Shown one piece after another: positions 1 to 17,876 of a stretch of DNA of 64,000 nucleotides. Every line of letters starts with the position of its first letter. The stretch's first letter is position 1. Made by a program: the position numbers and the translations under genes. Below the pieces are notes generated by a model. The model had not been told where the DNA came from and made no database searches. It saw only the letters and a list, made by a program, of their open reading frames with translations. This DNA is from the human T2T-CHM13v2.0 reference genome, Homo sapiens. Where the stretch lies: the NCBI RefSeq assembly GCF_009914755.1, contig NC_060929.1; one strand, given 5' to 3'.

Positions 1-3832
<3,832 letters not shown>

Positions 3833-4090
3833 CCTTTCTGATGAAAATTTGCATTAAATGTCCCACCATTGAAATTAGGTTTATTAGAGATTAAATCTAG
3901 AATGCCATCTGCAAAAAAAAAAAAAAAGTTTTAAATTAGGTTACTTGTTTCACTAGATCCTCATACTCTATCATGCAAAGACAAAATATACTTTATTTTA
4001 TGCTATTTATCTTGAATATCACCAATTTCATTAATAAGAATTTATGATACCGAATTAAAAAAACTACTCGTTTCACCAGTGATAGTTATT

Positions 4091-4278
4091 TAGGTTTGCC
4101 AGATTTAGCAAACAGATATACAAATAATGAAATATAAATTTCAAATAAACAATTTTTAAAGAATATATATATGGCTTGTGCATTAATTGGGAAAATAGTT
4201 ACACAAAAGTAACACGTTATCTTTCTTAGCTGAAATTCAAATGTAATTGGTTGTCCTATATTTTATCTGGCAACCCTA
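4091..4278. mobile_element. MER53-like palindromic non-autonomous DNA transposon (MITE)
   Basis: Terminal inverted repeats taggtttgccagat (4091-4104) and atctggcaacccta (4265-4278); 188 bp; internal ctgaaattcaaatgtaattgg matches the recalled MER53 consensus. Confidence 0.85.
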
Positions 4279-4327
4279 TACCTATTTCCAACATTCATTA
4301 TGGCACTTACCAAAAGCTATATTATGG

Positions 4328-4975
4328 ATCATTTACTCATGCAATAAATATTAATTAAGCACCTACTCTGAGTCATGCTCTGTTCTATAAATTGAAAATA
4401 TAACTATCAATAAAAAGAATCTTTACTCATAGAAATTACACTCTAAGAGGAAAGACTAACAATTTTAAAAGTCTGCATGAATACCTTAAATACTATACTA
4501 AAGATGATTAGGGCCATTAAGAACAAAAAGCAAGAAAAGGGAATGAGAAAAGGAAGGCAAATAGTATATTAAAGGTGATAACAGGCAACAAAGGTGATAA
4601 CAGCCATTAAGAACAAAAAGCAAGAAAAGGGAATACAAAAAGGAAGGTCAGTTGAAAATGTTTAAATGAGAAACCAAAAGACCTCCTTGTGTTTACATTT
4701 GAATAAAGACCCAGACAGAATGGGGTCTTGCAGACATTTTGGGGTAAAGCAGCGGGAACAGAAGAAACAGTAAGTGAAAGACCCTAAGGTAGACACCTGC
4801 TTCATCTGTTTTGGAGGAGCGACAGGAGGCCCTCTCAGGTTGGAGCCTCTCTGGTGAGAGCAGAAGGGAAGGGAGAAGAGTGATGGGTTGAGGTAGGCTA
4901 TTTTGAAGAACCTTGTAGATTTACTTAAGGGCTTTGGTATTTAATCAGAGTACATTATAAAGCGTTAGAGGAACA
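4328..4975 (-). mobile_element. L2 3' fragment
   Basis: Begins with the reversed L2 tail motif (catttactcatgcaataaatattaattaagcacctact..), followed by purine-rich antisense L2-like sequence. Confidence 0.7.
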
Positions 4976-5323
4976 CAAATAGTTAAGTCATTTGATAGCT
5001 TTCTTTGAAGTGTAGCAATGCTAGCTGACCACCTTTGCTGGGAGAATTCTTGAAGAGGGTAACTAATTAGGATAATTGACCATGCGGAGTCTGTCACTGA
5101 AACTAATGTACATTTATATATCATGATGACTTAGCTAAATAGAATTAAATGGCACATATCTTAATAGTAAAAAGTCAAAATATAAAATCATTTTATTTGC
5201 TGACAAGTATTTTTATAGCCAGTAGTAGCAAATGTACTACTATATAATACTAGCTACCATCTTTTTGCATGCCATTTGAATGTTCTATCCTCTCTTAAAA
5301 ATAATTTTTGGGTCTAGTGAAGC

Positions 5324-5603
5324 CTTAATCCCAGCACTTTGGGAGGCCAAAAAAGGAGGATTGCCTGAGCCTAGGAGTTCAAGCCCAGCCTGGGCAAAAC
5401 AGGGAGACCCCCTTCTCTACAAAAAAATAAAAAAAAAAAATTTGGGCATGGTGGTACATCCATGTAGTCCCAGCTACTCCAGAGGCTGAGGTAGGAGGAT
5501 TGCTGGGGTCTGGGAAGTCTAGGCTGCAGTGAGCTGTGATCACACCATTGCATCCCAGCATGGGTGATAGAGATCCAGTCTCAAAAATAAAAATAATAAT
5601 AAT
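5324..5603 (+). mobile_element. AluJ, slightly 5'-truncated
   Basis: taatcccagcactttgggaggcc..., J-type ggaggattgc and ggctgcagtgagctgtgatcacacc, A-rich tail. Confidence 0.93.
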
Positions 5604-5789
5604 ACACAAAACTTTGGAAAAGCAATCTATGAGGGCTTGGAAAAACAATTCATCCAAACCTACCAAATTGTTTTGGTACATTTTTGTCAATTTTCATTTC
5701 CTTGAATTTTATGCTTTTTTAAAAATTACAGTGATCCAAATTAATTTAGTGGAAGCAAAAAGATTGATCAGATAATTAAGTAAACATTT

Positions 5790-6460
5790 TTGGAACCCTT
5801 GTACACAGTTGGGGGGAATTCAAAATGGTGTAGCTGTTATGAAAAAAACATGGAGATGCCTCTAAAGCTTAAAAATAGAACCACTATATGATCCAGCAAT
5901 CCCACTTCTCAGTATTTATTCAGAAGAATTGAAATCAGGATCTCAAAAATATATTAGCATTTCCATGTACATTGCAGCAGTACTCTCTGTAATAGTAATT
6001 TTGGTTGTTGTGGAAACAATCTAAATGTGCATCAAAAGAGGAATGGACAAAACAAAATGTGGTATATACATACAATGGAATATCATTCAACTTAAAAAAA
6101 AAAAGAAAATCCTACATTATGAGCCAATATGGATAAAGCCGGAAAACATTATACTAAATGAAATAAGCCAATCATGCAAGGACAAATACTACACCATTGC
6201 ATTTACATGAAGTAACAAATATAACCAAACTCACCTAAGCAAAAAGTAAAATGGGAGTTGTCAGAAGTCTGGGGGAAGGGCAAATGGAGAGTTACTAATT
6301 AACAGATATAAAGTTTCAGGTATTCATGATGAGTAAGTTCTAGAGATCTGCTGTACAATATTGTGCCTGTAGATAACAATATTGTATTGTATGCTAAGTA
6401 ATCCGTTAAGAGAGTGGCTCTGATGTTGTGCTTTTACCACAATAGATATAAAACAAAAAG
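5790..6460 (+). mobile_element. L1MA (MA8/9-like) 3' end
   Basis: ccactatatgatccagcaatcccacttct.. and 3'UTR motif gttctagagatctgctgtacaatattgtgcct. Confidence 0.88.
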
Positions 6461-6727
6461 TATAATAAATTAGCTCCTGACTATTCATGAACTTGTCTTG
6501 TATATATACAGTATTTGGCTTTATTATTTGTGCTTTGAATAAATAACATTTTATCACATTAGTAAAATGGTTTAGGGTTGTTTAATTAGAATGCAGAAAT
6601 AGTGATATGAATTAATCTAATTTTTATTCTTGATTATAAATCTACTTATATTTAAAATTTAGAGATGATGAATCTTTTCTTTTATTCATTTCTTGATTAA
6701 TTCTTTTACTCAAATGAATGAGATACT

Positions 6728-7693
6728 TCTTAATTTTTTGAAGTTTTGTGCGTACATAATAGCTGTATATATCTATGGGATACATGAGCTATTTTGATAC
6801 AGGAATGCATGTGTAATAATCACATCTCAAAAGTGAAGTGTGCACTCCATCAAGCATTTCTCCTTTGTATTACAAACAATCCAATTATACTCCTAGTAAT
6901 TTTATAATGTACATGTAAATTATTTTGACTATAGTTGCCCTTGTTGTGCTGTCAAATACTATGTATCGTTCATTCTTTCTATTCTTTTGGGTACCTATTA
7001 ACTGTCCCCACTTACCCCCTAGCCCCCACTGCCCTTTCAAGCCTTAAATAACCATTCTTTTACTCTCTATCTCCATGTGTTTGATTGTTATAAATTTTAC
7101 ATCCCACAAATAAGTGAAAACATGAGATATTTGTCTTTCTCTGCCTGGCTTATTTTACATAACATAATAACCTTGGTTCCATCCATATTGTTGCAAATGA
7201 CAGGATCTCATTCATTTTTATGGCAGAATAGTACTCAATTGTTTGTAAGTGCCATATTTTCTTTATCCATTTATCTGTTGATGGACACTTAGGTTACTTC
7301 CAAATCTTGGCTATTGTGAACAGTGCTGAAGCTAACATGGGAGTCAACATCTCTTCAATATACTGATTTCCTTTCTTTTGGGTATATACCCAGCAGTGGG
7401 ATTGCTAAATTATCTTGTAAGTCTATTTTTAGTTTTCTGAGGAATCTTCAAACTGTTTTCCATTGTGGTTGTACTAATTAACATTCCCACCAACAGTGTA
7501 CAAGGGCCCCTTTCCTCCACATCCTCTGCAGCCTTTGTTATTGCCTGACTTTTGGATATAAGTCATTTTAACTGGGGTAAGATGATATCTCATTGTAGTT
7601 TTGATTTGCCTCCTCATATGATCAATGATATTGAGCACTTTTTCATGTGCCTGTTTTCCAATTGTGTGTCTTCTTTGAAGAAATGTCTATTCA
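6728..7693 (-). mobile_element. L1MA1-3-like 3' end (3'UTR plus end of ORF2)
   Basis: Reversed L1MA 3'UTR (tatggggtacatgag-like start, ttacaaacaatccaattatac) continuing to gaaatgtctattca. Confidence 0.9.
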
Positions 7694-7759
7694 CACATGT
7701 GACACTATTCACAATAGAAAAGACATGGAGTCAATCTAAATGCCCATCAATAACAGACT
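7694..7759 (+). mobile_element. Short L1P-type fragment in opposite orientation
   Basis: cactattcacaatagaaaagacatggagtcaatctaaatgcccatcaataacagact is the sense strand of the L1 ORF2 end. Confidence 0.75.
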
Positions 7760-10491
7760 TGATGTATTGGAGATGCATTTTATGTTATATGTTTCTTTTC
7801 TCTTGTTGTTTTAGGATTCGTTCTTTATTCTTCACCTTTGGAGTTTGATTATTAGATGCCTTAAGGTAGTCTTCTTTGAAATAAATCTGCTTGGTGTTCT
7901 ATAACCTTGTACTTGAATGTTGATACATTTATCTAGGTTTGAGAAGTTCTCTGACATTTTCTCTTTGAATAAACTTTCTACCCTTATCTCTTCCTCTACT
8001 TTTAGTAGATAAATAACTCTTGTAGTAGATAAATAACTCTTTAGTTATTTTAGTAAATAGTAGTAGATAAATAACTCTTTAATGCCAGTAACTCTTGGAT
8101 TTGCCCTTTTGAGGCTATCTTCCAGATGTGACAGGCGTGCTTCATTATTTTTTATTTTTTTCTGTTATCTCCTCTATTTATTTTCATATAGCCTACCTTC
8201 AAGCTCATTTATTATTTTTCCTGCTTGATCATTTCTGCTATTGACTCTGATAAATTCTTCAGCATGCCAATTGCATTTTTTGACTCTGGAATCTGCTTGA
8301 GTCTTTAAAATTATTTCAATCTCTTTGCTAACTTTGTATGACAGAATTCCTATTTAATTTCTCTGTTATTTTGAATTTCTCTGAGTTTCCTCCAGCTATT
8401 TTGAATTTTCTGTCTTGAAGGCCATATTTCTCTATTTCTCTAGGATTGGTCCCTGGTGACTTTCTCTGTTTCATTTGGTGAAGTCATGATTGCCTGGATG
8501 ATCTTGATGCTTGTAGATGTTCATCTGTGTCTGGACACTGAAAAGTTAGGTGCTTATCTTATTCTTCACCATCTGGGCTTGTGTGTGCCTGTCCTTCTTG
8601 ATAAGTCTTTCCAGGCACTTGAAGAGACTTGGGCACCAAGCCCAAGACCACTGTCATTTTTGCAGACTTGTATAGGTACTTAGTGCTTCTGTGGTCCTGA
8701 ATAAGATCCAGAATTCTCTGGATTACCAAGAAGAGATTCTTGTTCTTTTCCCTGACTTTCTCCCAAACAAGCAAAGTCTGTCTGTGCTGAGCTTCCTGGA
8801 GTTGGAGGTGTGGTAATGCAAGCACTCCTGTGACCACCAGCACTGTGACTGCACTGGCTCAGACCTGAAGCCAGCAGAGCCCTGTTTCTTCCCAAAGCCT
8901 GCTGTAACCACTCCCTGGCTACCATCTATGTTCACTCAAGGGTCTAGGGCTTTACAGTCAGCAGGTGGTAAAGCCAGCCAAGTTTGTCACCTTCTCTTCT
9001 GGGTGGCAAGATCCCCCAGGCTGCAGGAAGGTCCGGTGATGCTGCCTGAGAGCCAGGTTTTATAGTCAAAAATCTTAGAAACTTGCCTGATGTTGTTTTC
9101 TACTTCAGCTAAGCTGGCACTCAAACCAAAATATAAAGTCATTCCTGCTTTTCCCTCCCCTTTCCACAGGAAGAGGAGCCTCCTCCACCACCAGCCAAGG
9201 GCTGGGGGAGGAGGTGGTTCTGCCAGGCCATTGTTGATGTTCATTTATAGCCCATAGTCTCTTCAGTCAGCTTGTGGTGAATTCTGCCAAGCCTAAGACT
9301 TGTCCTTCAGGGCAATGAGCTCCCCTCTGGCCTAAGGCAGGTCTAGAAATGCTGTCCAAGAGCCTGGGCCTGGACTTGGGGACCCAAAGAGCCTGCTTAG
9401 TGCTCTACCCCAGTGGCCTTGCTGGTACGTAAGATGCAAAACAAAGTCCCTTTTACTTTTTCTTCTGCTTTTCTCAAACAGGAGTCTTTCACCACAGCCG
9501 CCATGGCTAGGAATATGCTGGGTCACACCTGTTGGCAGCACATCTCAGAGCCCAAGGCCCATGACTTACTACCTGGGTATCAGTGGTGGTTACTGAGGGC
9601 CCAAGGGCTATTTAGTCAGTAGGTGATGACTCCTTCCCTTCAAGGCAATAGGTTCTCTTTTGGCCCAAGGTGTGTCTAGAAATGTTGTCTGTTAACTAGT
9701 CATGGCAGCCCCACAACACTGCCCAGTCCCCTACTCTACTGTGTCTGATCCGGTATCCAAGATGCAAGACAAAATCCTCTTTAGTCTTCGCTCTCCTCTT
9801 CTTAAGCAGAAGGGAGGAGACACTTTCATTGCTCTGAGCTGCACTGCCTGGGTTTGGAGGAGGAGTGACTGAAGCACTCCATTAGATGCCCTGACTGGTG
9901 TCACCATAGATCATGTGCCACCCTAGTTCTCTGGCTCTGACTCCAGCCCAGCAATAGGAGTTGCCTAGGAATTGTAGTTCTTGTGTCCTAGATTGTCTTT
10001 CAAGTTTACCTCAGACCCCAGAGCATTTTGACTCACTGTGGCGAGGATTGCTGAGATTCTCAAGCTCCAAAACATGGGATGGGCAATCCTGTCTGACTAG
10101 ATCTGATCTAAATGTTCCCTCTGTGTATGGGCACTGACTGAACCCAATAAGGCTTTACTCTCCGCTATGGCAGCACTGAGTTCAATATGATGTCCTCCAG
10201 TCACTGTACTCTCCATCTCTCAAGTGCACAGATTCTCTCTTCATGCTGCACAGCTGCTGCCAGGGGGTGTGGGAGAGGTGGCATTGGCAGTTCAAGACAT
10301 TTTCTCCCACCATCCTCAATGCCTCTTTCAATGATATGAAGTTAGAACAAGGTACTGTGATTGCTCATCTGATTTTTAGTTCTTATACTGGTGCTTTCCT
10401 GTGTGCAGGTTGTTGTTAAAATGTGATGTTCCTGTGGGGGTTTGGGAGGAAAGAATGATGTAGGCTTTTATTCAGCCATCTTGCTCTGCCC
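7760..10491 (-). mobile_element. L1M (L1M1/L1MA-type) 5'UTR and ORF1 region including the element's 5' terminus
   Basis: Reverse complement of 10468-10491 reads GGGCAGAGCAAGATGGCTGAATAA, a typical L1 start with the YY1 core AAGATGGC; GC-richer 5'UTR at about 8600-10490; antisense ORF1-like tract at about 7760-8600. Confidence 0.88.
8003..8079. repeat. Three copies of a 19-bp unit
   Basis: tagtagataaataactctt at 8003-8021, 8023-8041 and 8061-8079. Confidence 0.95.
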
Positions 10492-11069
10492 TTGAGATAC
10501 ATTTTGGGAGGGAAACTGAAATGAATAAGAAACGTCTCTAGAGTTATGTTTTTTTATTGCATTTCTTGCCATATTGTGGGTCATAAAACTCACTGCCACC
10601 AGGATTATGTTTTTATTAAAATAAACATGTAATAGAATGTAACAGAATAGGTTAAAATAAAATTCAATGTATAAGAGAATATTGTACATAAAATGAGTAT
10701 GGCTTCAGGGAATGTTCGATACATGATGTAGGATTGTGGTTTCTGTTTGCAAAGTACACGTAAGTGTTTAACTGTGGACACAAAACAAAACTTTAGAAAA
10801 TAGTTATCTCAATACTATCTGATATTTGTATAGGCATATTTATTGTAAAATCAATAATTTAAGAAGTTATAGGCAAATTGTTATAGATGAATCTTCATGG
10901 GAAAGATGACAGAAAACAATATATAATACATATCTGGACCTTGATTATGAGGTTAAAAGATAAATATGGCAGGAAAGTGGGGATTAGGCAGAAAGAACAC
11001 TGAAAAAATATAAAGCATAAAATGTGGAAAATATAATGAATGCTCGCACAATAGTGAGGCCTTATTTAA

Positions 11070-11380
11070 GAATACAGCTTGATGTATTTTATATTTATAT
11101 ACCAATGTAAAATAAGAGGTAAATATATAAAACATTTCCATAACCAGGCAGTTTTCTGTGCCCACTTCTAATTTTCCTTACCAACGTTTTTTGACTTATT
11201 TCACTGTAAATTCCATATATTCTGGAACTTCATATACATATAATCAATCCTACAGTGTGTTTTCTATGCCTGACTTCTTTTCAGCAACATTGTGTTTTTA
11301 AGATTCTTCCACATTGCTGACTGCATCAGGAGTTTGTTCATTTTTTTATTCCTAAGTAGTGTTCTATTTTATAAATTATT
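11070..11380 (-). mobile_element. Old L1M (MC/ME) 3' fragment
   Basis: ttctggaacttcatata..cctgacttcttttcagcaacattgtgtttttaagattcttccacattgctg resembles an antisense L1M 3'UTR. Confidence 0.7.
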
Positions 11381-11419
11381 CTTTTCTTGGATATTTGCAT
11401 TTGTGTGTGTGTGTGTGTC

Positions 11420-12700
11420 TGATTACTACGGAGGTTAAAATATGCAATATTAATTTATCAAAATTTAAATTTACTTAAATTATACTTCTTCAAAATGAAA
11501 ATCATAACTTTATAATACTGTGCTTTCATTCAACTTTTCTTCCACTGTTTGTGATATTTTCTCATATATTATACTTTTAAATTATTAACCACACAATACA
11601 TTGTTATTCATTTTGTCCACACTTTTACTCTCTTCAAGGATCTTTTTCTTTTTTTATAGAAATGTAAATTCATACTTTAATTTGGTTTTGTTCTACTTTA
11701 ACCTGAAGAACTTCAACAATTCTTGTACAAGTATACAGGTTTTGTCTGCCTATGTCTTTATTTTCTTTAAGTGCTTTTTCTTTGTATTGGGAATCTAGCC
11801 TATAATTTTTTTTCTTATGCTTTTTTCTTTTCCATATTTTAATGATGCTTTTATCACCTCCTAGCTTTCAATGTTTCTAATGAAAATTTGACATTATTCT
11901 TATTATTATGTGTCTGATTGTAATATTTATTGTTTCTAGCTGCTTTGAAGGTTTCTCTGATTATCTTTGCATTTCAGCAGATTTTACTGAAATGTTATGC
12001 TTTTCTTGGGTGTCGCGGTCTTGGATCTGTGGGTAAATACTATTCACTAATTTCAGAAAATATTCAGACATTGTAATTTTAAATGCTTTTTCTTCTCTTT
12101 TTCTAGAAATCCATTTCCATATATGTTAGATATCTTGAACATCTTTTCATATGACTTAGAGTCTCCATTCTTTTTCTAAAAATGTCTGTTCTTCAATTTA
12201 GCTAATTTATATTAACCTACTGATGAATCACTTATCTTTTCTTCTTTTTTATCTGTTGTTACACCCATCTAATATTTTTAAGATCAAATATTGCAGAATT
12301 TTAGTTCTAGAATTTTTATTCGGTTCATTTATTAAAGCTTTTGTTTTTATGCTGAAATTCTGTACATATTCTTTTATTCAGTAGCTTAATTTTTCCTGTA
12401 AGTTCTGCCATTCTCTGGGTAATCTGGACAATTTTTGTGTCATCTTTTATTGTCAGTTTTTTTATTTGACTATAGTCCACACTTTCCTGCTAATTCATAG
12501 TCACACACATGCACGCATGCACACACACACACACATCTGTGTAAGATGCCAGGCACTTTGCATAAAATAACAGTTGAGAATAGTATATTTTCTCATGAAA
12601 GGCTTTGCTCTTTTTTTCCCCAGATGGCTAGAGTGAGGGTTTGTTCTCTTTAATAAAACTAAGAATTGAATTGAGCCAGAGCTGAAATGCAACTTTTTAA
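11420..12700 (-). mobile_element. Old L1M 5'/ORF1-region fragment
   Basis: T-rich antisense ORF1-like motifs (tctagctgctttgaagg, cttggatctgtggg, ttttagttctagaattt); highly diverged. Confidence 0.6.
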
Positions 12701-13651
12701 AGTGTCAGTTCTATACTGAGATCCTGCATCTCAGGGTGGGATAAGGACACTTGTACTATCAGTATTTGGGACCTAGCCATCCTAAGAAGACAGGAGCCCT
12801 TCCAACTTCCCTGCTCAGCACCAATGCACAATTAGTAAAATCTCATGGGGGTGATTTGGTGAACTTTAAGATCTAGCTTTTGTTTAGGATACTCTCTCTA
12901 ACAGAGTGTCCTTCTCTACTTATTCCTTTGTTTCTTCTATGGGAGATTAGCTTCTTCATCCACCTCTGTCACCACGAATAAAAATAGGCTAGGCTCTGCT
13001 CACCTAAGAAATGCTCAAAGCACTTGTCTTTTAGATTTCTTTTTCTTTAGCTCTCTGATAGGTTTTATTAAAGTTCTGATTGCATGAATTACATGGTATT
13101 CTTTCATTGTAATAGTAGGATAGTTGGTTTTTCACATATGCATCCTAACCAGAAGCAAAGTTGAGTATTTTTATTTTTTTCTGAAATGTATGTGCGGTTT
13201 GAGAGAAAGGTGGAGGAAAAAAGATTTCGAAGTCACTTGATGGGTGCATACAAATCTTGATGAGATTGCTAGTTCCCTAGATTTTATTATATGGACAAAA
13301 GCAATAATCCAAATATTTTAAGTTACTCTAGTAGAAATATACATTAATATTCATATGAAAAGATACAGAAGCCAATTAAAGGATAGTTATATAGGAAAAC
13401 TTTTAAAGAGAGTAATTTGTGTATTTTCTAATGTATTTGCCTTACTCACCTCTTGCAGTAATTCTAATATGATTAAATCTGTTAAGTCCAATATTAATGT
13501 AAAGTTTGTACTTACAAACTTTATTTATAAACATTTACATAAAACTTTACATATAAATCATTTTACGTGTCACTACGTAGCAGTAGAGAGCGTAGGAAAA
13601 AACAAAATTTACTTGTGATATTTATTTGTCTTATTTCACAAACCACAGATT

Positions 13652-14172
13652 TGTGAAGCAGGCTTACTGTGAACTGGTTACCAATCTGTCTGAGTCCAGT
13701 GATACAGAACATACTCATATATAACAAGTTAGAAGAAGTGGATTTATTGCTTACAGTTAGGCAGCAATAAAAGGAGTCTAGAATCCATAGTGAGTTGGTC
13801 CTCCATAGATCCAAAAGCTGTCCTAGGTAGATGAAGCCTTGATTGCATGTGCCCCACTTGCACCATAGATAAAGGACCCCCAAAGGCCTGGGGCCACCTG
13901 GGGGCCATGAGAATTAGTGGGCAAAGCCTTGATAAATATCCTGCTTCCAGGGGAGAGAGGAACGAAACTCAGGCTGTCCTGGGCAGTTCCTTCCTAACTC
14001 AACATGCCATGTTTCCTTGAAGGAACAATAACAAGGTATGAGCTGTTTTAAGCAGTTCTACCCTATCTCAGAATAATGAATTCTCAGCACATTCTAGAGT
14101 TATTTGAGAACCATGAACAAGAAATGGGGGAAAACTAGGTGGGTCCACCGCCACCCAGAGAACTGTTCTGCA
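13652..14172 (-). mobile_element. Solo ERVL-class LTR, MER70-like
   Basis: Bounded by TG..CA; reverse complement starts tgcagaacagttctctgggtggc..ggacccacctagttttcccc as in recalled MER70; minus-strand AATAAA at 13743-13748. Confidence 0.75.
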
Positions 14173-15269
14173 GTATTATGTACAGAGATAATATTTTCTG
14201 AGCTAATCGCTAATTGTTTACAAAGGAAGGTAAATTATTTAATGGCTAATTTGTGCTTCTTGCTAGTATTTCTTGGATCAATATTTTAATTATTTATTTA
14301 ACAATGTACAAGGACAGTCTAGAAGTAACTAAAAATCAGTAACTCTTTTTTCGACTTCTCCAAAGTTTACCTATTATCTTTTCTCCCATTTCAGAAAACT
14401 GTATGTTCTTTTTTTACTTGCCTGATGAATTTACCCAGTGGAAAAAAATATGTTATTTGGAAAGCTATTACTATCAGCCATTTATATCTTTCTGAAAATC
14501 AAAATCCATATTTTGTTAATAGGGCTATTTACATTTTGTTTCTACTTAAAACAAGGGTTAGAAATTGTTTTCTTTTAAAATAAAATTACAATACATTTGT
14601 GATGGTTCTGCTCTGAGAAATATCCATGGTATCCACAGACTACCTTGTGGATTAAGTCATTCGTCTTACTCAATATTTTCTATGCTGTTGACATGGAGTT
14701 AAAATGAACTCCAAAGAAAGTCTATGTGAATGTTTGTGAAAGTTTTGCGTCTTTTGCTCATGGCAAAAACCAGGAATAATTTGTTTAAAATATGTGTGTA
14801 GGGGACTATATATTTTGCAGAAGGCGTGAATATCATATTGCCAGCACCAACGTTCAAGAAATACATAATTTTGTTTTCATCATGGTAGTGAGAAATTTAA
14901 GCTCAGCTATTGATATTTCTTCCGTTTTTCTAATAATCACTTGAGTTGAAATGAAGGTCGCAATGTTCTGATAAAATGCAAACTATTGGCATAAGGTTTA
15001 TACTATAAAGCCACACTACTGAATTAATGCACGTTTTATAACCTTCTGTGGTCACTAAAGAGGGTGTCTCTGTTCTTTTTTAATCAAGCTCGAGTACAGA
15101 CTTTTTTAATGAAGCTTTTAACCCCAATGCCAGGGTTGTCTGGGTACAGCCATGCTGCTCTAACGCATTTCAACAACTCAGAAAACTTTAAGACTTGCTT
15201 TTTCACGTTCTTAGCTGAGTGTGTTTATTGGTCAAGTTTTTAATGATGACAAAGTACAATTTATATATA

Positions 15270-15800
15270 TTTTTCTTTTGTTTTATCTTTTTGTGTCCTG
15301 CCTAAAATATCTTGGCATGCTAGAAAGTAGTAGAGATATTTAGGTTTATTCTTCATAAATTATTATTTTCATATTGTCAGATTTTTTTGTTCCTCTTGAA
15401 TTTTACTAAATGTGTGCAAAAATTATTGACTGTATATGAGTGGTTTTATTTCTGGATTTGCTATTTTGTTCCATTTATTTATTTGTTTTTTATGATTATA
15501 TCATACAGCCTTAATAATTTTTGAGCCTTGCAACCATGTAGTGTTATGTATGCTAATTCTGTACTTTTTTGAAAAATGTTTTAGTTATTCTGTATCCTTT
15601 GCATTTTTGTATAAATTTTAGTATACGCTTGATAATTTCAAGGAAATGATTGATTGGATTTTAACTGGTATTGCTTTTTAATCTTTAGATTAATTTGGAA
15701 ATAATTGACATCTTAGTAATTTTGAGTGTTCCATTATATCATCCCACTCTTTGATTCCTCTTAGTAAGTGTTTTATAATTTTAATTATATTTACTGCTAA
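15270..15800 (-). mobile_element. Old L1M ORF2 fragment
   Basis: Antisense ORF2-like motifs (tttatttctggatttgctattttgttccatt, ttgcatttttgtataaattttag, aattgacatctta). Confidence 0.7.
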
Positions 15801-15832
15801 ACTCAGCTTACTAAAATTTTTTGGAGGGGACT

Positions 15833-17161
<1,329 letters not shown>

Positions 17162-17339
17162 TTTTTCCTTCTGTTTGGTTTTTACTTCCTATTATGCCCC
17201 AATCTGACTACAACATCTAAGTCTACCCTTCTCAGCAGTTCCCTTTTGGGTCATTACCCATGGCACTAAAAAGAAATGAGTGACAATTTTTTCATTCTAT
17301 TATACAAAAGAAGCCAGTATTGCTTAATATAGAAACCAA

Positions 17340-17560
17340 TAATATATATACTACCAAACTCTATGTTAGGAACAAATAGTATATATAGTTTGTGTTTATC
17401 TGAATGTATTATATATGTATAAATATGTATATATAAATATCGTGTGTATATATAGTATATTTATGGGGTATATATACAGTGTGGAAATATATATATAGTA
17501 TTTATATATAAAATATTTGTGTATGTGTGTATATATATATTGCATGTGTGTGTATATATC
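17340..17560. repeat. Degenerate (TA)n/(TATG)n low-complexity tract
   Basis: Runs of atatat and gtgtat read directly. Confidence 0.8.
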
Positions 17561-17876
17561 ACAAGTTTAAGCAGTTACCCATCCATGGAGCATGATGTAG
17601 CATCTTTAGAGAAGAGTTATTGTTTTAAATGATATTCTTAAAAAAATCATTATGAACTTAGAACGAGATGGCCACCAAAATAAAGTATGAACATTAAAAA
17701 TAAAATAAAATTACTATCTCTTATAAGATTAAAAATGTTGTCAAAATTCAATGAATTATTAAGGTACAATATTGCCTTCACTTTCCAATGAATAGATATA
17801 CATTCTAAAAATGTGTTGGCTGTAAATTATTACTTTAAAATGTTACTCATGTATAAGAATTTTCACAATTCTAAAC

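Noticed and set aside
8003-8079. Short direct repeats as a possible CRISPR-like array
   Set aside because: Primate DNA, only three copies, spacers of 1 and 19 nt, located inside an L1, no cas genes.
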